Below are positions 11,301 to 24,900 of a stretch of 64,000 bases of DNA, one piece after another. The notes beneath the pieces are model-generated. The model was not told the origin of the DNA. It searched no databases and saw only the letters and a program-made list of their open reading frames with translations. The stretch covers positions 17,794,001 through 17,858,000 of the forward strand of contig JBHGNT010000012.1 in assembly GCA_043228905.1 (NCBI GenBank). Direction: 5' to 3'. The translations under genes were made by a program, and so were the position numbers. The number at the start of each line of letters is the position of its first letter. Position 1 is the first letter of the stretch. The DNA comes from Azolla caroliniana (lineage: Eukaryota; Plantae; Polypodiophyta).

Positions 11301-14300
11301 AGACCAAAACCAAGACCCATCTGTGGATAGTGAAAAAGAGTTAAAAAGACAATCTATTTCATGTGGATTGAAGTATCCTGGTGTTTCCATGCATTACCTT
11401 CAGAACTCCAAAACACACGTCCTTCGCTCGCTTAAGATCTCCATTTGCATAAGCTGTAGCCATAAGTGTCTGCATAGCATATTTAAGTATTCATGAGGAA
11501 ATGAAACTGAGCCTATACCCAACTAATCAAGACTCTTAAGTAGCTTAATTACCTGCCCTGCTAAAGCCAGAGCATCTGATAGCAAAGATGTTGCAAGCCA
11601 AATTTGCATAAGAATCTGATGGCCTGCCATGGGAATGGCTCCTTGCCTAGCAGCCATGGATGTGGCCAATGTCATGGTAAAAAGTACAGCCATAGTCCGC
11701 CCAAGAAGGAAACCTCCTATACATATTATCACAGCATAAGAAACCATTCCAACTATGAATCTTCCAACCTGAATAAATTCTCGAGAAGGGAGCAGTATAT
11801 TAGGCTTACCAGATCTTAAAAAACGGTTCAAGCGTAGTGAAGTAAGATTTGGTGGGATCAAAACAACCTGCTTATTCAGGTTCCATAAAAGCAAGAAAGC
11901 CAAAAAATACCTGTAAATCAGTACATATCCACAATCAAAGAGTTTTGAAAAGTTTGTAAATGTAATCCAAGTCAGTTTATCCTGCTCGTATTCCATTATA
12001 GCTCCTACACATACACAATTTATGTATATGGACAGTATCATTAATTCTGTAACTGTTCTGATATATTTAAAGAAATGAAGTCATGGTAGGGATAAAAATA
12101 TAATTTAAAATCAAGTCACGTTCGTCATATCTCAGTTCTATCACATATCTTTGCTTTCAATAAAAGCTGTACTATCACATATCTTTGCCAATCAAGAAAA
12201 ACTATTCTAAACATTAGAAACCATGCACAAAATTAAAGTGGTACAAAATACATGTTAAACATATACAGAAATGCATAAAACAGACTGGCATTTAAGACTA
12301 AAAATTAAGACTGTACCAAAGAGGCTAGAGATGTATACAATGGTTAAACATATCTAGAGGCCTCTAATAGGTACTTACTGTGATGTGACTGTTCCAATTG
12401 CAGCACCAATCACGCCAAAACCAAATACAAACATCAAAATTGGACTCAATAAGATATTGCAGCCATTGCTGACAGCTGCAAACCACAATGATATAGTCTT
12501 CAACGACCATTAAGACGAATTTATTATTTTCACAATCATATACAAGTTTCATACCTATCGCATATAGTGGTGTCCTTGTATCCTTGATGCCTCTAAAAAT
12601 TCCTTGAATTGTAAGGGCCATGACGTTCGCAGGAGCTCCAAGTGCCCTAAGCATAAGATATTTGGTTGCCGGGATCCTCATTTGTGAACCCTGTAAGAGA
12701 ATAACTAAGAAACACATACTGCAACCTCAAGGAATGTGTTACTTGAATCATGAAAACATACATGTATTTACCATGGATACACCCATCAGTGATAAAATGA
12801 AGCCAAATCCTAAGGCTAGTACAATTGCTTCCACAACAGCAAGCATAGAACCAAGAAAAAGGGCAGAAAAAACTGCAGGTACAACTCGTTTTCTTGCTGT
12901 AACAATGAAGCTTTTTCTTAGCTTATTTTTATCATAATTCAAGTAGCTGTGAGATTTATTATACTAAAAGATGATTCTTCAAAGAAGCAATTCATTTATT
13001 TATATATTCTTGTGGAAAGAATTATCAACACAAGGTTGATATTATTCCACGAGCACCTTAAATGTTCGAATAATTATTTTGGCACCTCAAGATGTCACTC
13101 ACATAACTCTGCATCGTACTCTAAGCCAGATGTGGCATAATCTTCTGCAACAAATGAGGTTGTCATACTGAGTAAAGGAAGATTGAAAACCTTTGACACC
13201 AAATTAAACACTGAAATTGAAACTCCAACAGCAGCCAGCTCTATGGAACCTGATAGAATAAAAGAGATTTAACATAGAGCATAAAATAGAAAACATAATC
13301 ACTAATTAAAACGTTGCAAATATAAATGCAAATGCCAGCATTTTTTTAACTGTATTAGGCATACAATGTGTCTCTCATGCACGTGCATTGATAGTTTATC
13401 CATTCGGTCCTGAATGAACAATGATAAATGAAACTAATGATTATTTTAAATATATATATATATAATTGAAGGAAATCGTAGCAATACTTAACCATCCATT
13501 TCAACTATTAGAACCCTTTAATAGAATACAAATTGAGCATGACATATCTCCAGGAAAAAATTGCACAATGGAATGGCACTAGTATCGCCATAATTTGGGG
13601 GATCTAAGAAGATATTTATTTCCCCACAATATGTTTTCTATTCTAAGAATCACAAAGTTGAGGAAAATTCCCTGAAAATTATATTCATGGATTTTTCATT
13701 TAGAAACTGAGCTTTAAGGTCATGCTCTTACCTTCCATGCATGCAGATCCACAAGGGTGTGCATGCATGCTTGAATGGGCACTCTTGTTGTGGTCTAGGA
13801 AGAAGAGTCCCAAGCACGGTTGGTATCCATATTCCAGAACCTTGCGCAATGGCCAAAAGCCTTGTAGGCAATGATATATCCACCACCTTATTTCATAAGA
13901 AATATAGCACAATAGCAAACATAATGTTCTTCCAAAGGCACATTCGGCAAATCCAGTCTTCCATAGATTTGCACACATATTTGTATCTCAATTTCTAATT
14001 GCAGTGAAATTGTTATAAGCGGCCATACTACACATGAGATTTACATATCCATATACCGCAAGTTATTGGAATACCCATGTTCTTTCACAATCCAGTCCAA
14101 TAATCAGGATGCCTATATGCTTTTCTACTCTGATCATTTCATGGACAGTCCAAGCTATATTGGAATGGGGGTAGTGAAACTGGAACTGTTCTTGCATTTG
14201 AGCATACCACCAGGGATCATTTAATGTCCAGCAAGCTATTTTGATGACATAAAAGCCTGGCTTGAGAACCTTTGCTAAGGAGCTCCCAAATCCATTAGAT

Positions 14301-17300
14301 ATCAGCTGTCGATTGTAATAATGCCTTGGTTACATCATGAGGTATTGATGCTTTGCTTTTTTATCATGTATGTACTCATGGAGACTAACGGGCTCTCCAA
14401 ATCTGTACAAGTTGTGTCCTATGAGGGTTCAGCCCCAAATTTCAACTCTATATAGAAGAGTTGGTATTACAAGAGTATGAAGCAATCATGATTTGTGGTT
14501 ATTGGAACTGTGCATGCACACACTGTCTTAGAGGGGCACCAAGGGCTGTATATCCACAAGAAACCCAAGCACGAACAGCCTCTCGCAGGGAGAATTTGAA
14601 TCTAGGTGGAATGTTACTCCTAGAAATGTGTAGGCCCATGTGTATGCCATCTCTTCCTCTCCCAAGAAGAATTCTAGTTCTAATTTCATTGTCCATGCTT
14701 CGATGAAGTTAAACAACGTCACTTTAGTTTTATCAAGATTGACTGACAAGTCCTTGCCTTTAAAAGACGACTTTAAAGTATTTCAATGTTTTGTAAGAAT
14801 TGGCATCAACACAATGTCATTGGCATATATCACTATGTTTACCCGTATTAATGCAATTCAATCATCTATATATAGACAATAGAGAGAGTGATAGTCGGCA
14901 ACTTTGTTTTACTCCAATCATACAAAAATTGATTCACTATAGTGCATAGATTTCCCATTACATATCTACTAGGACACCAAGAGCTTCTAGTTGCTGCATG
15001 AGATGAGATTCTAAATGCTGCATGTCAAAGGATTTCAGGAAATCAACAACGCAACAATAGGTTTTCTTTAATGGGCTCTTGACTCCTTGAAAAGGGCTCG
15101 GATGGGTCAATATTTTATCCAAAGTTGTGAAATCTTTTCAGAAACCACCATGTTTGACTAAACATCAGCCATTTCTCTCTACCCATACATATACTCGATT
15201 CTAACTCTAGGATCAAACCATATACTTTAGCCAAGCAATTTCCAGTCATGATAGTTCTATAAATCCTAGATATCATCACAGGCTTAGATAAAAATCTCAC
15301 CTACCAATCCATGATGATATTGAGCCTTTCCAAACTATAACCTCCCAATGGCGTTTTCCACCTTTTGTGGATAAAGAAGGTAGAAGTGGAAATGGCCATA
15401 TGGGTTGGGGGCTATTAAAAAATGTCGAGTATCTTTGCATATTCCTGCCAAGCCTGAAATAAGGTCGGATGTGTAGTGGGCTGCTTACAAGCTTGTCCAT
15501 GGAACGGACACACCCACCTTCAAATTTAGCAAAGTGTATATCTTATTCTTCCTTACAAGGCACTGGCGAGTTGCTCTAGCTAGTTTGTTTCCAAATCCCC
15601 CAGATCACTTCTCATTGCAAGTATCTCCTTGTATCATAACACTCCTCATCATACCAACTGTTTAGAATCACTTTACAACACATGTGTACATTGCAGACAG
15701 TGGTGTGGGGAAATGCATTTGTGACTGCACCAAAATTAATGATTTTCACAACCCTTAAGGACTTTTCCTCTGGGAATGCAAAAGATCTTGTCCATTTTGA
15801 GAAACATGCGTAGATAAATCCATGTGCACAACTAAAGGCCACAAAGTATTTGCCATATTCTGTTACTTCTCTTTTATCTTGAGCTCATTGCTTACGCAAA
15901 ATTTTGAGTACAGCTTCTCCACACATGGTCTTGGTTGTGACTGCGCAAAAATAATGATTCACAACCCTTCAGGACTTTCCTCTGGGAATGCAAAAGATCT
16001 TGTCCATTTTGAGAAACATGCGTAGATAAATCCATGTGCACAACTAAAGGCTACAAAGTATTTGCCATATTCTGTTACTTCTCTTTCATCTTGAGCTCAT
16101 TGCTTAGGCAAAATTTTAACTACAGCTTCTCCACACATGGTCTTGGTTGTGTCAAATAATGTTGTTCGTTCATCCTTAGTACATACATTTAAGTTCTTTA
16201 ATATTATTACATCCCCCTTACTAGAGAATCATATGATATCACCATATATTGGTAAATATATGAACTCTTCAAGATGAGCAAACCTCAAGTAGGCAAGTGG
16301 AAAGCAGTGAAATTGAAACATATACCTTTATAATATCTGTAATCTACAAGTTAATCCATAGGGAGAAAATCCAAGATCCAGGCTTGTTTACAAGCTAAGA
16401 TAATGCCACACTAATAATGAAAATTATGTCTCTAACACGTAAAGAAGACCATATATCATCACTTGATTACAACGACAAATAATCAAGCTGGAATTCAAGG
16501 ATATTTAAAAAGGGGATTAAACTGCATGGATGCAGGCCACCAACCAATTATCTATATATGGAATGAGGCCTGGTGTCAATGATGTGCCTAACAGCTATAA
16601 CCTCTACATCCTATGCTTAGGAGGTATAGCCTTACTTCAAAGAGCCATTCTCGCTATCTTCCCCATTTATAGCACTCTCCACAACTCCATAGCACGACCA
16701 TCAGAATCAGTTGCATACAATCTGAGGATAGTTTACTCTATCCTTTTGATGCAGGATAGAAAACACCACACAGAAAAAATTTGAAGTATAACCTCATTTT
16801 TTAACGTATCGCCAAAGTCTAAAAAGGGTTGAGAATTCCCAAAGAGGGGGGGAGCATGCACAACAAACAAAAGTTACAAATGCAATCTCCAGATCTTGAA
16901 TGTCATACCCAGGTTCCAGATGTTCAGGTCTCATGCATTGACTGGAACAAATAGCTAAACGGAAACTTGTAATAAACGGAAGGAAAATAAAAAATTGTCA
17001 TACCCACACACTATTTTGTGAACCTAGGCAAGATGTATAAGATTTCTAACAGTTTCTTTACTGTAAGAATGTTTTCTTGGGCAAATTTACAGGATATGAT
17101 TAATAATTAGCGTTTCCATGATGATCAAAAACCCTGAGGCTTCAATTGACTATCACGCTATGACCTTGGACGAGTCTTTGGGAAAAGACCATGGAAATTC
17201 TAAATTCTCTCATTATCTAATATTCAGTTTGCTGAAATGTAATTCGACGTGCTTTTTCCCTACTCATCTCATCACCAAGACCTTAAACTTGTCAATGATC

Positions 17301-18685
17301 ATAGCACAAGGTTTACGTGCACTGTTTCTTTCTCACATTTCTTTCATCCATTTTTTGCCATGTATTTTTCATCATCCCTTCATGAGTTCTCTGCAAATTA
17401 GGCCCTTGGTCTAAATAAAATTCATATTAAAAATAAAAATAAAATTAAGAACTTAATTTTGAATAAACAAAATATTACCTAGTCTCCCAACATAGGCTGT
17501 TTCTAACAACTGTGCAATAGGTTCGATTGACTGTGACATCAATGCAGGAACTGCAAGTGCCATAATTTCATGCACAAAGCCATCACTCCCCAGTGATATT
17601 TCTGAAGATCTAATTGTGTCGCTGTTCAGATAAAGAATAAGCAAAACAGAAAGAGCATTTGTTTAAAAGAGAGAACAATACTTCCGATTTCCAGGTAAAC
17701 AAGAGAGGTCAACTTCAAGCAAACCTGTTTCTGAGCATCCATTTAAACAATTCAAACGAATCACTGATGTTAAACAAAAATAAAATATATAAAGATGCTA
17801 GCAAACACTAGAAGATTTTGAAATTATCAGTCCGAATTTAGGTTGAATGACCTAAAACTTTGTCCTGTATCCAAGAATGCACCTCAACACGGCTCCACAC
17901 AACCATGGATCTTAAATCAGCCGAAGGGGCATTAAAATCCAACTGAATCAAAAAATTCTAGATTGCAATAGACTTAGGCTGAAAACATGACCTCATTGCA
18001 ACCATTGAATTTAACACTTTCTATGTGAGTAGAAGGAACATTAGATTTCAAGATAGCATTGATTTGAACACGTTCCAAGTAGAAGAGGCATCAGAATTCA
18101 AGGAACCGCCAATTAGTCAGCATTTTGAAGCAACATCAGATTCTACGGAATCAGCAAACTCTAAATTTTGTTAAGGAACAATCTTACGTCTACATGAGAA
18201 GCTTCAACTGATTCCCATGAATTGCTTTGAAAATATATTCTGAGAATCAATTGGTTTCAAACTCACAAGTGGATCACATGCGAGCCAAACAAATACCTTG
18301 TCCGTTGAATGAGATGACTGTGCAAGTCTCCATCAGAGGAGCTTTCATTCCGAGATTTCACAACAAAATGTGGTCTCAATGTTGAATAACAATCATCGTC
18401 TCGTCTCCGCAGGAGGAGAAGAAGAAAATATGAACGACACCTTCCAAACTTCGTCGTCTTCTTCAAAAAACCGGATCGACTGTCAGGATGCATTGATCTT
18501 CTCCGGGATTGATCAGAGAAATGCAAAGACCGAGAACATGAAGAGGCGGCATGAACTCCGCTGCCGCCGCTGCTGCTGCTGCAAATACAGCGATGATATG
18601 ATTGGAAGGGCAGATGAAGGCTTCCCGATGATTGAAAGGAGCCTGCACTCCGTACAATTTCCATGGCGGCTTCTGCCGCTAACAT
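5371..18685 (-). CDS. DTX45: MATE efflux transporter, DTX45-like, probable plastid transit peptide; 13 exons, 584 aa
   Basis: Exons 18685-18297, 17621-17479, 13249-13103, 12896-12772, 12690-12555, 12475-12379, 11910-11810, 11716-11553, 11469-11398, 11320-11204, 5826-5731, 5641-5520, 5416-5371. Phases are consistent and the total is 1755 nt. Motifs: QSIEPIAQLLETAYVGRLGSIELAAVGVS, PLLSMTTSFVAED, QGIFRGIKDTRTPLY, QIWLATSLLSDALALAGQ, AFVFDGIHYGVSDFQYAACSM, TGPWKFL. The N-terminus is Ser/Arg-rich. Confidence 0.92.
6230..6485 (+). mobile_element. Ty3/Gypsy gag fragment in MATE intron 10 (continues at ~8770-8880)
   Basis: FAVKITQLVLRADPSMSEEMKLFFL...DLSRRVAHQG.TTYHNAIEITQRIEA. The continuation at 8770-8880 gives (S)MDINIENAQ and KCLFCN-YGHVKKYC, a zinc-knuckle remnant. 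Confidence 0.6.
6585..6656 (+). mobile_element. tRNA-derived SINE head (Pol III A/B boxes)
   Basis: A-box TGGCCAAGTGG at 6592-6602 and B-box-like GAGTTCAAATC at 6634-6644, with tRNA-like spacing but no cloverleaf. Confidence 0.45.
7281..8757. repeat. Inverted pair of ~465-bp homologous TE-derived arms (7281-7745 + versus 8285-8757 -)
   Basis: Both arms encode ...EEDLA..EV.D.V.LP.ATIPSHII.FLN.SIEEFKRLTLS... on opposite strands (ORFs 7483+ and 8638-). About 80% identical by eye. Confidence 0.85.
8890..10080 (-). mobile_element. Second copy of the same Gypsy family on the minus strand (gag with PMDI motif and zinc knuckle, plus LTR-proximal sequence)
   Basis: The minus strand gives LLLFLHPRLRHD...HQGPTNYHNGI, PTGTVPMDINVQ and ERDAQGKPKCLFCNNYGQVKKYC. 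9625-9978 is the reverse complement homolog of 10536-10851. Confidence 0.65.
10100..10860 (+). mobile_element. Ty3/Gypsy integrase C-terminal fragment and downstream 3'/LTR-like sequence
   Basis: LSERM..IKQTISTYVDPLHQDWDQILPFTIHAYNTSVKASTRISPFCTLYGRNP*LPLD is a typical Gypsy integrase core end (W...LP....AYNT.....T..SPF...YGR.P). TATA-like CTATATAAG at 10841. Confidence 0.8.
14080..15720 (-). mobile_element. Decayed LINE reverse-transcriptase region in MATE intron 2
   Basis: Minus-strand fragments YRTIMTGNCLAKVYG, GFRKDFTTLDKI, YCCVVDFLKSFD, IYANDIVL (degenerate YADD) and LSVNLDKTKVTLFN occur in non-LTR RT order, with stops and frameshifts. Confidence 0.75.
15721..16151. repeat. Tandem duplication, ~216-bp period
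   Basis: GTGACTGC...CACAACCCTT...ACACATGGTCTTGGTTGTG repeated at 15721 and 15937, over 90% identical by eye. Confidence 0.9.
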
Positions 18686-18708
18686 GCAAGAAGGAATGGA
18701 GATGCAAG

Positions 18709-18741
18709 AAACCCTAAACCCTAAACCCTAACCTAACCCTA
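18709..18741 (-). promoter_or_regulatory. Tandem telo-boxes / interstitial plant telomere repeat just upstream of the MATE ATG
   Basis: (AAACCCT)3-AACCT-AACCCTA starting 24 nt upstream of the start codon. TATA-like TATAATAA on the minus strand at 18766-18759. Confidence 0.75.
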
Positions 18742-18868
18742 AAAAGAGGAGGAAGGCTTATTATACAGACATATTGGTGTCAAGTTGATGGGATCACACC
18801 GACCGCTCAGTTTTTTCTCCTACTTTTGAGACTTTCCGAGGTTTTGTGTGGGTCTGGCAAAGGGGCCA

Positions 18869-18903
18869 AGAACCTTCCGGAAACTTCCGGAAACTTCCGG
18901 AAG
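18869..18903. promoter_or_regulatory. Perfect heat-shock element, 7 alternating nGAAn/nTTCn units
   Basis: GAAccTTCcgGAAacTTCcgGAAacTTCcgGAA at 18870-18902, about 185 bp upstream of the MATE ATG. Confidence 0.7.
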
Positions 18904-21900
18904 AAATCCGTGGCTCGAGTTATAAATCTAAGGAGCTCAAGCATGTGAAACATCTCTCGCTTAGTGAAATGCCTCGTCACTAAACTTTTTTGTTAAAGAG
19001 TATGTAAGTAACGAAGAAAGGTTGGGGGGGGGGATTTCGAAGCTCACTTTTGAATTCAATTTCCGCACAAACTTTTGTTTGTCGGAGTAGTCATTCGGTT
19101 AAAAGTGTGTGTGTGTGTCCATTTTGAGTGTGCCACTATGTTAACTACGCTCTTTATAGAGGCCAAATTCCAGATCAAAAAGTTTTACACTTTTTCATGA
19201 CAAAATTACATCAAACCAAATTGAAACTCCGTTCCAAACATTTAAAAACAACGATATGATCAACAAAAATAAGATTTCTAAGCCTTTTCTCTATTTCATT
19301 CCCAAATCATGTAAGGTCGTTCGCTGACTATCTGAAAAGAAGCTCAAGTTTGTTCAATGTACAATTGCAATGTTTTACATTTTGAAATTTATATTACAAT
19401 TATATATGGAGGACACGTTATATAAAAATCTTCACACTTGGAGATATAATTTGGGTGTGATCCGAGGAACAATGTGGGAGCAATTAGAGTGGTTGATCAC
19501 CGTTGTGGAAGCAATTAGAGGGGTTGTGGGGGTCTGATTATAGTCATGGCGCAATTACTAGAGTGGTTGTGGGGGTTGCGCTTTCTTCGACATTGTAGAG
19601 AGAAACATTTTGCAAAAAAACACACATAAAAAACCCTACGTGCACACTTTTTCCCCAATATCAAAGTGTGCACTTAATCGAATGGCTATAATATTAGGAA
19701 CACATTGGATAGTGTGGTATCTCCCTTTCTCTCTCAAATTTGGGTATTTTGTAGGCTCTCATTGGGAATGTATAGTCTCTAGGTTTAAACATGCTCATTT
19801 AGCTTTATATAGCTCATCTTGAATCCACTTGAGTAAGCCTTGTTTTGAGTATAAACATAGTTTTAAAGTGCTCTATATTATTGAGTTCATTGAACTTGAA
19901 AGCCATCTTGTTCTAGTTTCTATATATTCACAAGTGTATATGTTTGAAACATAGATATAGATGCAAATTGCCTTTTTGGACAGTTTTTAGTTTGTTTTGT
20001 GCAAGGAAGTTCACACATGTAAAGTTCCCCCATATTTAGAGAATTATAGCTTGTCGGAAAGTTTGGGAAGTCTACTTTTAGGTCAAATTTTCAAAGGTTC
20101 AATTCCATAAAGCTATTAGAGTTTTGGTGGAGTATGGTAGTTGTTTCTTTTGTTTGAGGAAGGGTTCAACATGCTTGTGTTCTAGCTAGGCGTGAATATA
20201 CTTCCATCATTGAGGAGAGGCTTCTCCTCCACACGGCTGGAAACTTCCGGAATAAATTGTGTCGAGGCTTCTCTCCCAAACATGAATTGGTCTTATTAGT
20301 CTTCCTCATAGCTCCTTTTAAGAGATTCTGGCCTCTTGTCGCCCCGCTCCTCATGGCCTTCTGGAAGATTAACAACTTCCTAATTATCTCGACAATTGTC
20401 GACACGTGTTGATGTCCTTTCCCACATCCATTCATATTTGGAAGGTTCTCACGCCAAAATGTTTGTTCACCATTGGTGATCTCCGCCTTGAAGTCCACAA
20501 CTTTTCAATTTGGGACTAGTAACCGATCTATTGTGACTTCTTGTATCCATTTGATCCCAACTACCACCTCCATTGTTGACTTCAAGAAGGTTCTAACCTT
20601 CTTTCACTGCTTGCAACAATCTTTTGGAAGATTGCAACTTCATCCATATTTGGAACATTGACATTATTATCATCTTCTAGATTTATTCAACCATAGCCTT
20701 GTTGTTGTTCACTCTAGGAGATTCTGGCCTCCTTTTGCCGTTTATAACTATCCAGTGGGTTACAACTTCCATACTACATCATCAACATTTGCGGTCATCT
20801 CCCACATTCATTGACGACCTACCGGCTATGTTATTCACTTTCAAAATTATTTCAGTTCCCCAACTTTGTATACAGTATAGCCTTAGGGCTTTTTTTTAAT
20901 ACTAATGTAGTATCTTTTTTGGGGAAAAGAAAACCATGGAGAAGGTGGAATGTAAACACCGTGTAGTGGCAATCGTTATGGGGATAATTGATTTCGTAGT
21001 GAATATTATTCAGCACACATGGAAAGTGACAAATGCATTTGTATATTGTTTTCAACATTTGATGACATGGTCACAAATTTGGCCACCCATACCTTTCTTC
21101 AGGAACTTGAGTTTCATATACATAATATTACGAGGCATCATCAGCTTTGCATAGGCTAATGCGTGATCCCCAAATGGCATGTTTGTATGAATGCCAATTG
21201 GCATTCATGTCGTGAAATAGTTAGCATGCATGTATGTGTCCGATCCTGCTATATACGCGAGATGAACTATTATGACTTTGCCAATCTTCAACGTTCTCTT
21301 ATAATATTCTAGAAGGTCAAAGAGAATATAGGAGCATGCACATTAGAAGTATGTGATGGGTCAATTTATTGATCTCACAAACATAATAAATATCTTTGAA
21401 GAAGATAAGGAGTCTAGCCTTGTGGAGGAGGCAATAAGTGATCCAATGTTGAAAAAGGCAATAGAATTTAAACTGGAAAGCATTTTGAAGCACCCAAGTT
21501 GGGTTGAATGGAAAGGCCAACTAAGAATATGGTTGGCAAGAGTTGATTGAGAAGATTAAGTACAATGGAGATGGGTGGACATAATTAATGCAAATAAATA
21601 CTACCATCGAGAGGGTATGCGTAGAAGAAGGGAAGGAAAGATAGATGATTAATTTGTTTAGAAATGTTGAGCTTAGATCCAATGGACCAATCTAGTTGTA
21701 GCTTGTAGCTCAAAATTTTCAATTTTTTGAATAACAAGGGGGGTAATGTGTGAAGAAACCACTCAATTTTGAGCTACCTAATTAACAAAGGAAGATCTTG
21801 ATGCTACATATGTTTTTGTGTGCATTGAAGTAGACACCAAGGGCATGGTACGAGAGAATGGATGAACTTCTCTTTGACATAAAATTTAGGAGGTGTCCAA

Positions 21901-24900
21901 CTTATGCATCAAAACTTAAGAAGAGCAAGTAGTGAACCTTGACCTAGATCTAGAGAATATGATAGAATCCTCACTTTTATCACCAATTTTGATATTGGTT
22001 TAATCAAGCAAAAGCAAGAAGCTTCTATAATATCTCTACAAGTATGGGATGGCATGTTGTTATAGCAACAAGTCCTCCAACAACGATGGATTTCCCGCAT
22101 TCAGTTGGCATTAACAACATCATTCAATTTAACATAATCTTTATGGAATTACAAATTACTCATATTCATGCTTAATCACCTATGTTAATAATATGAATCA
22201 TTTTTAGTAATTCATTGTTTATTTTGTTTATGCTAACAATAAGTGTCAAGCAATGTTCAAGAAGGCAGTTACCATTTCAAGGTTTGTCGCTTACACCCTC
22301 TCCTATGTTGTCATCATATGTCAACGTTAAATTTGATTAGCGATTAATTTACCATTGCTTCTATCATATCAACAATCAAAGGCTATGAAATCGTGTGGCC
22401 AATGTTGGGAACAATAACTAATTAACAGAGTTAATGTCGATCTCTTTTAAAATTTTCCTAAATGGTGTTGTGTTTATTATCACATGAAAATACATATTTA
22501 CAAGGCCACACTTCACTCAAGCATTGTGAATGATGTCCCTAAGATCTACTAAGAAGAAACAAGATGCGATGAATGATAAGGCAACAAGTGGTTGTGTGAT
22601 GTGTCCTTTGGCTAGTAAATTGCCAAATACGTAAACTTTCCCTATCAAATATGAAAGCATTTCGACACTTGGTCATCTTAACTATCACTACTTTTACTAC
22701 AAGTAATTTTCATATTACCATGACATGAGTAATGTTTTCTAAATTTTCCAAAGAAGAATATGGGCTACCCTCGATTTATACGGCTCTTGAGATGAGCTAC
22801 AATAATTCATGCAATAATATTGTTTTCAACCTACTTCCCATTCTTGTTACAATAAACATTGGAAACCCAAGAGTATGTCGTCACATTACATTTGACGAGC
22901 AAGACCAATACGTCATTACAATACAATACTTCATTCAACTTAATCAACATTTATTGCAACCTAATATTTGCAAGTGCATATGAATGGAGAGAACGTGCAC
23001 TGGTGAAATGTGTAAATGTCTTTCAATAGTAACATGGTCATGTCATGTTGATATGATAATATTTAGGTGCTTATTGAGTTTTTTATTTTATTTCGCCATT
23101 CAAAATTGAAAGTGGATTGAAGATTTTAAAACATTGTTCTACTACGAAGCAAAAGCACACTAATTCATCCAACGAAAAATATCTCAAGTGTTCAATTGTT
23201 TATATAGAAGTAGAATTTTATCGATTATCGGGACAACAATGAGAAAACATAGGGAGACAATTTGCATGGCAAAGTTATCTTAACTCAACACATATCCTCG
23301 ACAGTGATGATAAAAATATGTTCTCTGACAAAGCATAACATTCGAACATCTTTGCTTGCACCATTTTAGAAATTGGAAATGGACATTCTCGGCTAAATGG
23401 TATTTGGAATTGATGCATACATATATATCGTAATTGGTCGCATGGATGTCTTAGTCATGCATGCGGTCGTAAAAGAATGATCGGCATTAGAAAGTAATAA
23501 AACTAAATGTATAGAGTGTGGGATAAAGTGAACATTGTGATCCAAAGAGAAACTTTATAGGAGTGCAAATCAAAACCATGATAACATGGACAACTTTGGA
23601 TGTCTCTTTTGAAGCTTGCATATAGACTCTCTCTCTTTTTACCTGTGAATGTAAGACAACATTCTCCTGTTTGACTAAATTAGAAATTGATTGGTTTATC
23701 TCCTTTGGCATCTAAGGTGTGAGGGTGCCCAAATGTGATTGCATTATTTGTATTTTGATTGATCTACTCATAAAACTTCACTCCACATTTTTTGGAAAAA
23801 AAGAAAATAAACTTCACTTCAACCCTTAAGTGCACATGTAGAACATATGCTTTAAGTGTCATCTCACTCACTACACATAGCTAAATTATAAGTATTTATG
23901 CATATAGTTATTAAGTGACATTATGTTTATGATAGTAGTTGCTTATGTTAAGTAAAATTCTAGTTGGAAGCAGATTTTTGCAAAAAAAATAAAAAATCAT
24001 TGCACATGTTTGCATCATATTTCTTATATTTTTGTTATTCCTTTATATTTGTTCTTCAATTCACTACTCCAGCTTGTGATAAGGGTAGACATATATCCTT
24101 AAGCTCCTTTTCGATCACTTGGCTATGTGAATTGAATTTTCTAAACATTTATTCATGTAGCTATAAAGTATTGGGATTCTTACTTATGGTGCCATAGCGT
24201 AAAATCATCATGACGTACTTTGACAATGGTAAAAGTAAAACAAAAATTAAAATAGGAATTCTTGTACGATGTTTAAGAAGGAAGAGTTGGACGGAAGTTT
24301 AGGAAGAGATCTCGAACACTTTAGGCCAAGTATGCAAAAAAACTTGAACCGTCATCATTGTAAAAAAATGCGGTCATGGAAATTGGAAATACAGGTGGGC
24401 ACTGAGGAAGTTAGGATGTAGGATCATTGAATAGTGAAAACAAAAAAATATCGCCACAATGTGGGTGCGTCTGGTTCAAACAAACAATAATGTAAAAGGT
24501 ATGTGGCATTAACACATGCAATCTCTAGCCCTTTTCTCGGTGGAATAAACACGTTAACAATAACAAAAGGCGTAATAATGTTCCTAGTGATCCCTTCAGA
24601 CTATCCAATATTGCTTTTGTTATATAACTAATTTAAGCTTGTATAAAATGTACAAAGACATCAACTCACACAAGTTTACAAATTTACAATCCTAACACAA
24701 CACACACATTCTTGTTTAGCAATGCATCGTATTAATGGTGGGGAAACTCAAAGTGAGTTGAAAACCCATGACACGCAAACATACAATTTTGTTTTAACAA
24801 TACTTGATATTATTGGCAGAAACCTCAATCGAAGTGAGATGAAAGATTGCGACTTGTAGATGATCGCACGAACAGTTCACATGCATGAAGATGCAACATT

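Noticed and set aside
17883-17943. Possible extra MATE exon (AG...GT bounded)
   Set aside because: It has a stop in the required phase, and exon 1 splices in frame directly to 17621.
18370-18717. 115-aa + strand ORF with a poly-Cys run
   Set aside because: Antisense shadow of MATE exon 1 (poly-Ser/Gly codons).
20160-21700. Short ORF fragments with coding-like composition
   Set aside because: Multiple stops and no recognisable domain. Probably old TE debris that I cannot assign without a search.
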